Source of the DNA: an uncultured Lachnospiraceae bacterium
Lineage (GTDB): Bacteria > Bacillota > Clostridia > Lachnospirales > Lachnospiraceae
DNA: 64,000 nt
Assembly: GCA_946552115.1 (NCBI GenBank)
Contig: CAMNRH010000009.1
Location: 18,626-82,625 of the forward strand
Reading direction: 5' to 3'
Part shown: positions 5,137 through 14,936 of the stretch, one piece after another
How positions within the stretch are numbered: the first letter of the stretch is position 1
Layout of the letters: every line of letters begins with the position of its first letter
Position numbers and translations under genes: made by a program
The notes under the pieces: generated by a model
What the model was told of the DNA's origin: nothing
Databases searched by the model: none
Seen by the model: only the letters and a program-made list of their open reading frames with translations

Positions 5137-7707
5137 CTAGCATGTAGCGCCTCCGACTACATTCTTTTTTAATATCTCTTTTTTATCAATCTTGCTGTTT
5201 AAAAGCTTATCCTGCACATAGTCAAAGCCCAGCCGTGATATCGTATCTGCGAGACGCTCTCCGGACAGGCCCTCGTTACGGAAGAACAAAATGGTACGTT
5301 CAACCACATCCACAACCTCCTCTTCCGAGGTAAAGATTTTATCCAGCATACGGCCTTCCGCCACTTTTTTACCCCAGCGTCCGCCGATGTATACCCGGTA
5401 TCCGACAACAGACTCTTCAACTGCGCCGAACGGACATTTTGCAATACAGCATCCGCAGTGATTGCACGCCTTTTCGTCTATCACGATTTTACCGTCCTGC
5501 ATTCTCGCCACATGAATCGGACATGCGTTTTCTACCTGGCACTTCTTACAGCCCCGGCATTTGGAAGAATCAATTTCCGGCACCCGCTGACCGACGATTC
5601 CCAAATCATTCAGATTCGGCTTCACACAGTTATTCGGACAGCCGCCCACGGCAATCTTGAATTTATGCGGAAGTGAAACGTCATGATATCCTGTATAATA
5701 CAACTCGTGCAGCCTTTCCGAAAGCGCGAAAGTATCAATCAGTCCATACTGACAGGTGGTTCCCTTGCAGGAAACAACCGGACGGACTTTTGAGCCGGTT
5801 CCTCCGGTCTCTAATCCTGCCTCCTTAAGAAATTCCATAATCGGCTCTATATTATCATAAGGCACTCCCTGAATTTCCAGCGTCAGACGGGTCGTCATCG
5901 TCACCTCTCCTGAACCGAACTTTTCTGCTGCCTCTGCAATCCGCTGCTGCTCCTTTGCGGTAATCTTTCCGTTTCCTGTAATTACACGTACGTTGAAAAC
6001 ATCCTCATACCGCTTATCCTGAAGGCAGCCTAAACCTTTCACTCTCTTTATCTCCTCCGGGGAAAGCTTTTTTCCGTTCCGGGGCACTTTCACCTCGTTA
6101 AAAACTGCTCCTCCCTCTAACACAAGCGTATTTGTATAACCATATGCTTTCAGACGGTTCTGAAGAAAATACCCCCGTTTCCCTTTTGCACAGACAAGAA
6201 GCAGCTTCGCATCCTTTTCAAGCCCCTCGACAGGACCCGTTACCTCGGAGAGGTTAATCCAGCGTGCGCCGGGAAGCGCCGGAGCAGGCTGCACGTCCAG
6301 AATCTGATAGTCTTTTGCCGCTCCATTTACATACTCTGCCGGACTCATACTCTCCAGTTCTCCGTCCAGCTTATTTTCCAAAATATAGCATGCGCTGACA
6401 AAGGGGTGGATTGCCGTGGAAAACGGCGGCGCATAAGCATAATCCATTGTATCAAAATCATCGGCTGTCATACCCTGGGAAATTCCTGTCACCGCGATAT
6501 CCACCATCTTATCCACCGCTCCCGCGCCCAGCACCTGAATTCCCAATATCCGCCGGCTTTCCCTTTCTGCCGTAAGCTTAATATAGAAAGAGGACGCGCC
6601 CGGATAATAATGCGCCTTATCATCCAGAATACAGACAACCGAAAGGGTCTCATAACCCGCCGCCTTTGCCTGTTCCTCAGTAAGGCCTGTACGCCCGGCG
6701 TTAAGCTCAGGAAGAAGTCTTACGACGCCCGTACCCATACATCCGCCGTAGCCCTTATTTGCTCCGTACATTTTCTTTACCATCGCACGGGCTGAGAGAT
6801 TAGCCGTAGAACCCATCGCCGACCACTGAGGTTTATCTGTCAATACATTTTTTACCATCGCACAGTCGCCCGCCGCATAAATATCCGGAAGATTGGTCTG
6901 CATATTTTCATCCACTAAAACCGTGCCCTTGAACATCTCAAGACCGCTATCTGTCAGAAATTCCGTCGCCGGGCGCACGCCAATCGCCATAACGGCCACA
7001 TCCGCCGCAAAGCTTCCATTATCTGTCTGCACACTTTCTACATGCTCCGCTCCGTTTATCCCCGTAAGACTGGTTGCGGTCAGAATCCTCATTCCTGCTT
7101 TTTTCAGCTGACGCTTTGCGAAATCCGCCATTTCCCTGTCAAAGGCATTCGGCATAATCTGGGGCATAGCGTCAATAACTGTTACCTCCAATCCCTGCGC
7201 CATCAGGTTTTCCGCAACCTCCAGCCCGATAAAGCCCGCGCCGCATACAACTGCTCTTCTGCAATGCCTTTCTTCAATATATGCGCGAAGCTTTACCGCA
7301 TCCTCCGGCGTACGCACACAAAATACACCCGAAAGCTCTTTTCCCTCCACCGGCGGCACAAACGGAACCGCCCCCGTAGAAATAATCAGCTTATCATAGA
7401 TCTCTGTGAAAATTTCCCCGGAGGCTCTTTTTATTGTTACCTCCTTTTTCTCAGCATTTACGCCGACCGCCTCACAGCCGGTATAAACCGCCGCTCCTGT
7501 AAGCCCTGCATATTTCTCCGGAGTGTTTACAATTAAGCCCTCTCTCGTCGGAATATCCCCGCCGATATAATAAGGAAGACCACATCCCGCATAAGAAATA
7601 TCCTCTCCTTTCGTAAACACCTTTACCTCTGCTTTTCTGTCACATCGTTTTAATTTTGCCGCAGCCTTAGTTCCCGCTGCAACGCCGCCCAAAATCACGT
7701 ATTTCAT
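5137..7707 (-). CDS. fusion protein: CoA-disulfide reductase/NADH oxidase-like FAD oxidoreductase + rhodanese + sulfite/nitrite-reductase-like 4Fe-4S domain
   Basis: 856 aa. The N-terminus is MKYVILGGVAAGTKAA...YAGCGLPYYIGG (pyridine-nucleotide disulfide oxidoreductase). The middle section is rhodanese-like (LLLVCAKGKRGYF). The C-terminus reads GGCPNNCVKPNLNDLGI...CRGCKKC..CP...CNHCGCCIAKCP. Confidence 0.75.
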   Translation of the reverse strand: MKYVILGGVAAGTKAAAKLKRCDRKAEVKVFTKGEDISYAGCGLPYYIGGDIPTREGLIVNTPEKYAGLTGAAVYTGCEAVGVNAEKKEVTIKRASGEIFTEIYDKLIISTGAVPFVPPVEGKELSGVFCVRTPEDAVKLRAYIEERHCRRAVVCGAGFIGLEVAENLMAQGLEVTVIDAMPQIMPNAFDREMADFAKRQLKKAGMRILTATSLTGINGAEHVESVQTDNGSFAADVAVMAIGVRPATEFLTDSGLEMFKGTVLVDENMQTNLPDIYAAGDCAMVKNVLTDKPQWSAMGSTANLSARAMVKKMYGANKGYGGCMGTGVVRLLPELNAGRTGLTEEQAKAAGYETLSVVCILDDKAHYYPGASSFYIKLTAERESRRILGIQVLGAGAVDKMVDIAVTGISQGMTADDFDTMDYAYAPPFSTAIHPFVSACYILENKLDGELESMSPAEYVNGAAKDYQILDVQPAPALPGARWINLSEVTGPVEGLEKDAKLLLVCAKGKRGYFLQNRLKAYGYTNTLVLEGGAVFNEVKVPRNGKKLSPEEIKRVKGLGCLQDKRYEDVFNVRVITGNGKITAKEQQRIAEAAEKFGSGEVTMTTRLTLEIQGVPYDNIEPIMEFLKEAGLETGGTGSKVRPVVSCKGTTCQYGLIDTFALSERLHELYYTGYHDVSLPHKFKIAVGGCPNNCVKPNLNDLGIVGQRVPEIDSSKCRGCKKCQVENACPIHVARMQDGKIVIDEKACNHCGCCIAKCPFGAVEESVVGYRVYIGGRWGKKVAEGRMLDKIFTSEEEVVDVVERTILFFRNEGLSGERLADTISRLGFDYVQDKLLNSKIDKKEILKKNVVGGATC

Positions 7708-7737
7708 ATGTATGCGCCCCTTTCCTCACATTAAATA

Positions 7738-8385
7738 TTAATGCTGTTTTAAAATTCTTATCAGACGACTTGTTCCGAGCCTCTCTGCGCCGAGACGCAC
7801 AAATTCCTCCGCATCCGCAAAAGAAGAAATCCCGCCTGCTGCTTTCACCTTAACGGCAGCGCCCACATGCTCTTTCATAAGCTTTACATCCGCAAAGGTT
7901 GCGCCCGCCTCTGAAAATCCAGTCGATGTTTTAATATAATCCGCGCCTGCGTCTGTAACAATTCCGCACATCTTAATCTTTTCTTCCTCCGTCAAAAGGC
8001 ATGTTTCAATAATGACTTTCAATATATGCTTCCCGCACGCTTCCCTGACTGCCCGGATTTCCTCTTCTACCTCCGCATATCTCCGGTCTTTTAAAAAACC
8101 GATATTAATAACCATATCGATCTCTGACGCGCCGTTCTTTATTGCGTCTTTCGTCTCAAATACCTTTACGTCTTTCGTACTGTAGCCGTTTGGAAAACCA
8201 ACGACGGTACAAATCGGCAATTTCCCATCCGTGTACTCTGCCGCCTGCTTTACATACGCCGCGGGAATACAGGCAGACGCGGCATGATAATTCATCGCAT
8301 CATTAAGAATCTGTCTGATATCTTCCCATACCGCAGTCTGGGAAAGCAGCGTATGGTCCACGTATTTTAAAATCTCACTGTCCAT
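7738..8385 (-). CDS. deoC: deoxyribose-phosphate aldolase
   Basis: 215 aa. Motifs: [32 protein letters not shown]. Confidence 0.9.
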   Translation of the reverse strand: MDSEILKYVDHTLLSQTAVWEDIRQILNDAMNYHAASACIPAAYVKQAAEYTDGKLPICTVVGFPNGYSTKDVKVFETKDAIKNGASEIDMVINIGFLKDRRYAEVEEEIRAVREACGKHILKVIIETCLLTEEEKIKMCGIVTDAGADYIKTSTGFSEAGATFADVKLMKEHVGAAVKVKAAGGISSFADAEEFVRLGAERLGTSRLIRILKQH

Positions 8386-8411
8386 TTTCCTTTCCTCCGT
8401 CCAATTATCTT

Positions 8412-9602
8412 TTACCTTAAATATTTTAGCAGGGATTCTCCAATCGTATTTTCCGGCATAGGAACGTCAAAATTTTCTGAAACAGTGGCTCCGATCACTG
8501 CAAAGGTATCCTGCTCCGGAAGTCTTCCGCTCTCTTTCATGGATTTCGAATATGCCAGAAACGGAACTTTCTCTCTTGTATGGTCTGTACCCTTATAGGT
8601 CGGGTCCGTCCCGTGGTCCGCCGAGATAATTAAAAGATCGTCGTCCCCAAGAGTTTCAAGGAGAACACTTAAATTTACATCAAACCGCTCCAGCTCATCC
8701 CGGTAGCCTTTCGGATTTCTCCTGTGTCCCCACTTTGCGTCAAAATCGACAAGATTTACAAAACATAAACCTTTAAAATCCTTTTTTGCAATTTCAATTG
8801 TCTGCTCCATGCCATGCACAGAGGATTTTGATTTATATGCCTCCGTTATCCCCTCGCCGTCAAAAATATCTACAATCTTACCCACAGAGATAACCGAAAG
8901 GCCTTGCTCTTTCAGTGCGTTTAACACGGTCTTTTGCGGCGGCTTTAATGCATAATCATGCCGGTTGCTTGTACGCTCAAATTCACCCTTTCGCTTCCCG
9001 ACATACGGCCTTGCAATGACACGCCCGACTTTCCATTCCTCTTTCAGGGTCAATTCCCTTGCAATCTCGCAGCAGCGGTACAGCTCTTTCAAATCAAAGG
9101 TCTCTTCATTTCCGCATATCTGAAGCACCGAATCCGCGGACGTATAAACAATCATGTGGCCGGTTGCAATCTCTTCCTCGCCAAGCTCCTCGATAATCTG
9201 TGTTCCGCTGGCGCTTTTATTCCCTATCACCTTATGTCCGGTGCGCTTTTCCAGCTCGTCAATAAAATCCTTTGGAAAGCCATGCTCCGTAAAGGTCTGA
9301 AAGGGCGTCTTCGTCTCAATACCCATCATTTCCCAGTGTCCGGTCATCGTATCCTTTCCGTTGCCCGCCTCCTTTAGCACCGCCTGATAGCCGAGAGGCT
9401 TCCGGACCGCCTCCACCTGCTTAAGGGGCGTAAGATTCGCCAGCCCCAGCTTCTGCAGATTCGGAATATGGAATGTATCCACAGATTCCGAAATATGCCC
9501 CAATGTATTTACGCCGATATCACCGAATCTCTCTCCGTCCGGCATCGGCCCTATCCCAAGCGAATCTATGACAATTACAAAAACACGCTTATAATGCTTC
9601 AT
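8412..9602 (-). CDS. deoB: phosphopentomutase
   Basis: 396 aa. [14 protein letters not shown]...[15 protein letters not shown] is typical of DeoB. Confidence 0.9.
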   Translation of the reverse strand: MKHYKRVFVIVIDSLGIGPMPDGERFGDIGVNTLGHISESVDTFHIPNLQKLGLANLTPLKQVEAVRKPLGYQAVLKEAGNGKDTMTGHWEMMGIETKTPFQTFTEHGFPKDFIDELEKRTGHKVIGNKSASGTQIIEELGEEEIATGHMIVYTSADSVLQICGNEETFDLKELYRCCEIARELTLKEEWKVGRVIARPYVGKRKGEFERTSNRHDYALKPPQKTVLNALKEQGLSVISVGKIVDIFDGEGITEAYKSKSSVHGMEQTIEIAKKDFKGLCFVNLVDFDAKWGHRRNPKGYRDELERFDVNLSVLLETLGDDDLLIISADHGTDPTYKGTDHTREKVPFLAYSKSMKESGRLPEQDTFAVIGATVSENFDVPMPENTIGESLLKYLR

Positions 9603-9624
9603 ATGAAATCCTCCCCGCTTTTAT

Positions 9625-10044
9625 CTATTTTAAATTCCCCGGCCCGAAGCCCTCCGGCATCAGCTCCCTTAGCCTGTAGATTTTATAGTCCCCGGCTCCC
9701 GTCGCAAGAATAATTTCGAATTCCTCCGGATTGCAAAATTCCATCATCACCTGACGGCAGACGCCGCATGGCGGCGTATAGGACGTAAGCTTACCGTCCG
9801 GCCCTCCCACAATACAGATTGCGCGAAAATCTCTTACCCCTTCGCTGACAGCCTTAAAAAATGCGGTCCGCTCCGCGCAGTTGGTCGGAGTATAGGCGGC
9901 ATTTTCAATGTTGCATCCCGTATAGACAGTGCCGTTTCCAGAAAGGAGCGCCGCGCCTACCTTAAATCCCGAATAGGGTACATAGGAATATGAAAGCTGT
10001 TCTGTCGCAGTTTTAATCAGCTTAACAATCTCTTCCTTATTCAT
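9625..10044 (-). CDS. cdd: cytidine deaminase
   Basis: 139 aa with the zinc-binding motifs CAERTA and PCGVCRQ. Confidence 0.9.
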   Translation of the reverse strand: MNKEEIVKLIKTATEQLSYSYVPYSGFKVGAALLSGNGTVYTGCNIENAAYTPTNCAERTAFFKAVSEGVRDFRAICIVGGPDGKLTSYTPPCGVCRQVMMEFCNPEEFEIILATGAGDYKIYRLRELMPEGFGPGNLK

Positions 10045-10061
10045 CTCAACAATCCTCCCGG

Positions 10062-10844
10062 TTATTTTCCTGCCTCTTTATCTTCCTTTATCAGCTTTCT
10101 AATTGCCTCAACCGCAATGCGGACTGCCATATCCGTGTCATGGACAACCGGATTGTCAAGACCTGCCTTTTCTCTTTCCTGATTTGCCATCACAAGAAAG
10201 CAGGAGCCTGCCCTGACATGCAGGCTGCTGGCAACGACAAACAATGCTGCCGACTCCATCTCGGACGCCAGACATCCAAGCCTCTTCCACGCCTCCCATT
10301 TATTAAGGAGCTCATAGCTTACCGGCTTCGTCTCCGGAGAATGCTGCCCATAAAAAGCATCCTTACACTGTACAACACCTACATGATAGTTATGCTTAAG
10401 CTCCTTTGCCGACTGAATCAGCGCATTTGTAATCTGAATGTCGGCCACCGCCGGAAATTCAACAGGCGCATATTCCTTACTCGTCCCTTCCATGCGGATT
10501 GCACCGCTTGCAATTACGACATCACCGCTCATGACATCCGTCTGCATACCTCCGCAGGTTCCAATCCGGACAAACGTATCCGCGCCCGCCATCACAAGCT
10601 CTTCCATCGCAATGGCCGCCGACGGACCTCCGATACCTGTCGATGTCACGCTGACCTTTACCCCGTCAAGATAACCCGTATAGGTAATATATTCTCTGCT
10701 GTCCGCCATCAGCTCTGCATTCTCAAAATACTGAGCAATCCTTTTGCAGCGTTTCGGATCCCCCGGCAGAATCACATATTTTCCGATATCTCCCTCGCCT
10801 ATCTGAATATGATATTGCCTGCCCGCATTTTCTGAATAATTCAT
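10062..10844 (-). CDS. udp: nucleoside phosphorylase of the PNP_UDP_1 family (probable uridine phosphorylase)
   Basis: The ORF track starts at a TTG (10868). The ATG at 10844 has AAGGAG at good spacing. Family-typical motifs: GDPKRC...TGIGGPS...RIGTCGG...EMESAAL. Confidence 0.7.
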   Translation of the reverse strand: MNYSENAGRQYHIQIGEGDIGKYVILPGDPKRCKRIAQYFENAELMADSREYITYTGYLDGVKVSVTSTGIGGPSAAIAMEELVMAGADTFVRIGTCGGMQTDVMSGDVVIASGAIRMEGTSKEYAPVEFPAVADIQITNALIQSAKELKHNYHVGVVQCKDAFYGQHSPETKPVSYELLNKWEAWKRLGCLASEMESAALFVVASSLHVRAGSCFLVMANQEREKAGLDNPVVHDTDMAVRIAVEAIRKLIKEDKEAGK

Positions 10845-10904
10845 AAGCTTCTCCTTTCTCTTTACCAAATATGCTATGCTATATTGCTTCTCTTTTACAA
10901 ATAA

Positions 10905-11471
10905 TCAGAAAATCCCGCAGGGATTGTCCGCCGTCTGTAAAAGCCACTCCTCTCCCGTAAGACATGTAACATGCTCGGTCCGGATATCATCCATCATTTT
11001 CCAGTGTATGTCTTTATTCGTATGATGATAGGTAAACCCGCATTTTTCCTGTACGCGTTTCGATTTTTCATTACCGTCGAAATACCCGCACCAGATTTTC
11101 TCAAGCTTCAATTTCTCAAATCCGTAACGAAGAAGCGCTCTTACCGCTTCCGGAATCAGTCCCTGCCCCCAGAAAGGTACGCCAATCCAATAGCCTATCT
11201 CTCCCTGCGTTTCCGGCAAAGCAAAATTGCTGGTTTTTCCGCACATTAAACCAATACTTCCGATTGCCTTATTATCTTTCTTTAAGCACACGGCATATGT
11301 ACCGTCAGCCGACAGAATATACTTAATAATCTCCCGGCTGTTTTCCACGCTGGTATGAGGCGGCCATCCCGCAACCGGACCTACCGCCGGATCTTTAGCA
11401 TATTGATACAAATCCTCCGCATCCGATAAAAGCCATGGCCTGAGAATCAGTCTTTCTGTTTCAAACCGCAT
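10905..11471 (-). CDS. GNAT family N-acetyltransferase (RimJ/RimL-like)
   Basis: 188 aa. TERLILRPW...IGYWIGVPFWGQGL is typical of the family. Confidence 0.8.
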   Translation of the reverse strand: MRFETERLILRPWLLSDAEDLYQYAKDPAVGPVAGWPPHTSVENSREIIKYILSADGTYAVCLKKDNKAIGSIGLMCGKTSNFALPETQGEIGYWIGVPFWGQGLIPEAVRALLRYGFEKLKLEKIWCGYFDGNEKSKRVQEKCGFTYHHTNKDIHWKMMDDIRTEHVTCLTGEEWLLQTADNPCGIF

Positions 11472-12392
11472 CTAAATCACACTCCTTTTTTCCGGCATAT
11501 TAACAATCAGGATTCCGATACTGACCAATACAAGGGCCGCCAGATTCTGCACTGTCCATATATTTTCTTTCAAAAAAACAGCGGACAGCATAGCGCCGAA
11601 TACCGGTATGCTGAAGCCAAAGATTGCGACCTTTCCCACCGGATTATATTTTACCAGCTCTGCCCACAGGGTAAATGCCACCGTCGACAAAAGCGCCATA
11701 TAAATAAACAGTATTGTCGATTTCACTGTAAAGCCGCGCACAGCTCCGCCCGCCGCTATCCCGATTGTAATAAGCACCGCACCGCCGAACAAAAGCTGAT
11801 AAGCCGTAATCGTCGTCGGGTGCTCCCTGCCTGAAATCAGTTTTAGTGTTACGGAGCTTGTCCCGTAGGAAAAAGCACAGAGAAGAACCATTCCCTCTCC
11901 CATAAGGTTAAAACCGCTGCCCCAGGCTCCGGGCGCCAGATTAATCACGATAATTCCCGCGAATCCCACGAGACAGCCCAGCGCCTTTCTCCATGTTATT
12001 TTCTCCTCTTTCAAAAGAAAATGTGCTACGAGGATTGTAAAAAACGCGTTGGATGCATTAATCACGGAGCCTTTCGCCCCTGTGGTATGCGCAAGACCGA
12101 TATAAAAGCATACATACTGTATGGTCGTCTGCAGAATTCCCTGTGCAAAAACATACGGAACGGATGATTTTTTCATGGTAATCAGCTTTCTCTCCAAAAT
12201 ACAGGAAAGTACAAATGTAAAAACACCAGCCATAAAAAACCGATATCCCGCAAATAATACCTGACTTCCGGCTCCGTCAATATGAAACCACTCATATCCG
12301 ATTTTAACACAGGGGAACGCGCTGCCCCACAGGGCGCAGCACACAAGCGCCAGAATACACCTGACTTTTGTATTTCTGTAAAATCTTTCCAT
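11472..12392 (-). CDS. EamA/DMT family transporter
   Basis: 306 aa with about 10 predicted TM helices and a duplicated EamA-like architecture. Confidence 0.75.
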   Translation of the reverse strand: MERFYRNTKVRCILALVCCALWGSAFPCVKIGYEWFHIDGAGSQVLFAGYRFFMAGVFTFVLSCILERKLITMKKSSVPYVFAQGILQTTIQYVCFYIGLAHTTGAKGSVINASNAFFTILVAHFLLKEEKITWRKALGCLVGFAGIIVINLAPGAWGSGFNLMGEGMVLLCAFSYGTSSVTLKLISGREHPTTITAYQLLFGGAVLITIGIAAGGAVRGFTVKSTILFIYMALLSTVAFTLWAELVKYNPVGKVAIFGFSIPVFGAMLSAVFLKENIWTVQNLAALVLVSIGILIVNMPEKRSVI

Positions 12393-12910
12393 TACCCTTT
12401 CTCCGGCTCCGGATATTCAACGCCCATCGTATCGACCGTAACCCTCTTCATTTTCTGCTCCTCAAGCGGTCTGTCACTATAATCCGTAGCAGTTCCGGCA
12501 ATCTTATTAACGACCTCCATTCCCTCGGTCACCTTTCCAAACGCCGCATAGGCTCCGTCAAGATGAGGGGAATCCTTATGCATAATAAAAAACTGAGAGC
12601 CCGCAGAATCCGGATGCATCGCCCTTGCCATAGAAAGTACACCTTCCGTATGCTTAAGCTCATTCTGAATCCCATTCTGGGCAAACTCACCTTTAATATG
12701 ATATCCCGGGCCGCCCATACCCGTTCCGTCCGGGCATCCGCCTTGAATCATAAAGCCCTGAATCACACGGTGAAAAATCAGCCCGTCATAGTATCCCTGA
12801 TTAACCAAAGAAATAAAATTATTCACCGTATTCGGTGCAGTCTCCGGATAAAGCTCCGCTTTCATAACATCCCCATTTTCCATCTCAAAAGTAACAATTG
12901 GATTTGCCAT
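12392..12910 (-). CDS. ppiB: cyclophilin-type peptidyl-prolyl cis-trans isomerase
   Basis: Motifs FHRVIQGFMIQGG...GPGY...SMARA..PDSAGSQFFI. The ATG at 12910 is better spaced from GAGGGA than the one at 12919. Confidence 0.9.
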   Translation of the reverse strand: MANPIVTFEMENGDVMKAELYPETAPNTVNNFISLVNQGYYDGLIFHRVIQGFMIQGGCPDGTGMGGPGYHIKGEFAQNGIQNELKHTEGVLSMARAMHPDSAGSQFFIMHKDSPHLDGAYAAFGKVTEGMEVVNKIAGTATDYSDRPLEEQKMKRVTVDTMGVEYPEPEKG

Positions 12911-12976
12911 AACATTCATCCCTCACTTCATTCATATTTGCTTTGTATATTGTAACGGAAATTCCCGTATTTGTAA

Positions 12977-13016
12977 ATCGGGGACGGGGTTTTTCTAAAA
13001 AAACCCCGTCCCCGAT
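12977..13016. repeat. GGGGACGGGG palindromic intergenic element, copy 1 (terminator-like)
   Basis: ATCGGGGACGGGGTTTTTCTAAAAAAACCCCGTCCCCGAT, immediately 3' of trxA. Confidence 0.8.
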
Positions 13017-13021
13017 TACAA

Positions 13022-13330
13022 TTATTTCAGCATTTCTAATATCTCTTCTTTTACCTTTGCTCCAACCTCACGCTTTACAACCTGTCCATCCTTAAATACC
13101 ATAAGGGTTGGTATGGACATGACCCGATACTCTCTGGCAAGCTCTGCCTCGCTGTCTACGTCCACCTTTCCTATTTTAGCGTCTGTAACCTCTCCTGCGA
13201 TTTCTTCAATTATCGGCCCTACCATCTGGCACGGGCCGCACCATGTCGCCCAAAAATCTACTAATACGGGCGTCCTTGATTCTAATACCTCCTGTTTAAA
13301 ATTATCCTTTGTCAAATGAATTGCTGCCAT
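13022..13330 (-). CDS. trxA: thioredoxin
   Basis: WCGPC active site, about 102 aa from the ATG at 13330. Confidence 0.9.
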   Translation of the reverse strand: MAAIHLTKDNFKQEVLESRTPVLVDFWATWCGPCQMVGPIIEEIAGEVTDAKIGKVDVDSEAELAREYRVMSIPTLMVFKDGQVVKREVGAKVKEEILEMLK

Positions 13331-13474
13331 ATTTATCATCCTTTCTCATATTCTGCTTTTTTATTTACAACTTTATTATACACAGTTTCCGTCAAATTAC
13401 AATTCCCGGATACTCTCCCGCCATATAAAATTCATCCGGATTAAGATTCCAGGCTCCGCCTCTGCAAAAAGCGC

Positions 13475-13951
13475 TTACAGCTCCATCGGCTTTCCGTTTA
13501 GCGATGCCGATACCAATTTATCATGCCCGTTATAAACAAGTTTTAAAGAAAAGAACTCATAATCCTCATCCAGCAGACGGAAAAATATTTTATCTCCCTC
13601 CCATATATTCAGCTTCCATATATCTTTCTTATCTACCCATTCAAGCTTTCCCTCATCACAAACGCACAGCTCGCCCTCAAATCCGTCTGCGGTGAACAAC
13701 GACATATATTCCGTCACCCCGTTTCCGGACACAAAGGTTACAATCCCGCGATAACGATAAGCGGTCAGGGTATATCCTGTTTCCTCCCTCACTTCACGAA
13801 GCAGGCATTCCTCCGGACTTTCATCCGCCTCAAAATGTCCTCCCACGCCAATCCATTTATCCTTATTGACATCATTTTTCTTCACTGTGCGGTGCAGCAT
13901 CAAATATTTGCCGTCACACTCGATATAGCAAAGCGTACTAAGCGCCGTCAT
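13475..13951 (-). CDS. NUDIX hydrolase (MutT-like)
   Basis: Nudix box GGHFEADESPEECLLREVREETG. Confidence 0.85.
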   Translation of the reverse strand: MTALSTLCYIECDGKYLMLHRTVKKNDVNKDKWIGVGGHFEADESPEECLLREVREETGYTLTAYRYRGIVTFVSGNGVTEYMSLFTADGFEGELCVCDEGKLEWVDKKDIWKLNIWEGDKIFFRLLDEDYEFFSLKLVYNGHDKLVSASLNGKPMEL

Positions 13952-14041
13952 TTCTTTTATCCTCCGCTTCTATTTTCAATTTCACATGAAAATGCTATAA
14001 TATGTACGATTCTATCTTACAGGAATTACAGGAGAAATGCA

Positions 14042-14932
14042 ATGAACCGAACGATTGAATACAAAATAGATAAAGATTCTGCCGGCCTGCGGGTCGAGCA
14101 ATTTTTGAAAAGAAAAGGATACTCCTCGCAGAACATTTCCGAAATCAAACGTATGCCCGAAAGCGTGCTTGTAAATAACCGGCATTACTATATGCGCAAC
14201 CTGTTGACAGACGGAGATAAGCTCCTCATCCGGATTTGCGAAACAAAGTGCTCAAAAAACATACCGCCGGTTAAGCTTCCCCTTTCTATTGTATACGAGG
14301 ACGAGGACATCGTCGTTCTTAACAAGCCTGCCGGTATGCCTACTCATCCGTCCCTGAACAATTATACCAATTCCCTGGCAAATGCTCTGGCATGGTATTA
14401 TAAAGAACAGGGAAAACCATTTATCTTCCGCTGCTGCAACCGTCTGGACAGGGACACCTCCGGCATTACAGTGATTGCGAAGCATCTAATCAGCGCAAAT
14501 ATCCTTTCCCGCCAAACACAAAGCCGGAAAATCCATCGGGAGTATCTTGCCATTGTCCGCGGACAGATCATCCCGAAAACCGGGACAATCCGAGCTCCTC
14601 TTTCCAGAAAACCCGGAACTGTTATTGAGCGCACGGTTGACTTTGCACATGGAGAGGATGCGGTGACGCATTATCAGGCTGTAAAAGAAATCAACGGGCA
14701 CAGCCTTGTTTCCCTGTGTCTGGAAACAGGCCGTACCCATCAGATTCGAATCCATATGAAATATCTGGGCTTTCCGCTTATCGGCGACTATCTTTACAAT
14801 CCGGATATGGAATATATCGGAAGACAGGCGCTTCACTCCTACAAGATGGCATTTACCCATCCGATAACCGAAAAGAAAATGGAATTCACCGCCGGGCTTC
14901 CCGACGACATGAAAAAAGTTCTCACATGCTGA
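14042..14932 (+). CDS. RluA/RluD family pseudouridine synthase
   Basis: ATG at 14042 with AGGAG upstream. S4-like N-terminus, then NRLDRDTSG and HQIRIH motifs. The longer track ORF (13835..) overlaps the NUDIX gene and is an artefact. Confidence 0.85.
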   Translation: MNRTIEYKIDKDSAGLRVEQFLKRKGYSSQNISEIKRMPESVLVNNRHYYMRNLLTDGDKLLIRICETKCSKNIPPVKLPLSIVYEDEDIVVLNKPAGMPTHPSLNNYTNSLANALAWYYKEQGKPFIFRCCNRLDRDTSGITVIAKHLISANILSRQTQSRKIHREYLAIVRGQIIPKTGTIRAPLSRKPGTVIERTVDFAHGEDAVTHYQAVKEINGHSLVSLCLETGRTHQIRIHMKYLGFPLIGDYLYNPDMEYIGRQALHSYKMAFTHPITEKKMEFTAGLPDDMKKVLTC

Positions 14933-14936
14933 CAGG

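Noticed and set aside
13835-14041. An N-terminal 69-codon extension of the RluA/RluD-like ORF that overlaps the NUDIX gene on the opposite strand.
   Set aside because: There is no RBS. The extension is hydrophobic nonsense, and the conserved S4-like N-terminus begins at the Met at 14042, which has AGGAG upstream.
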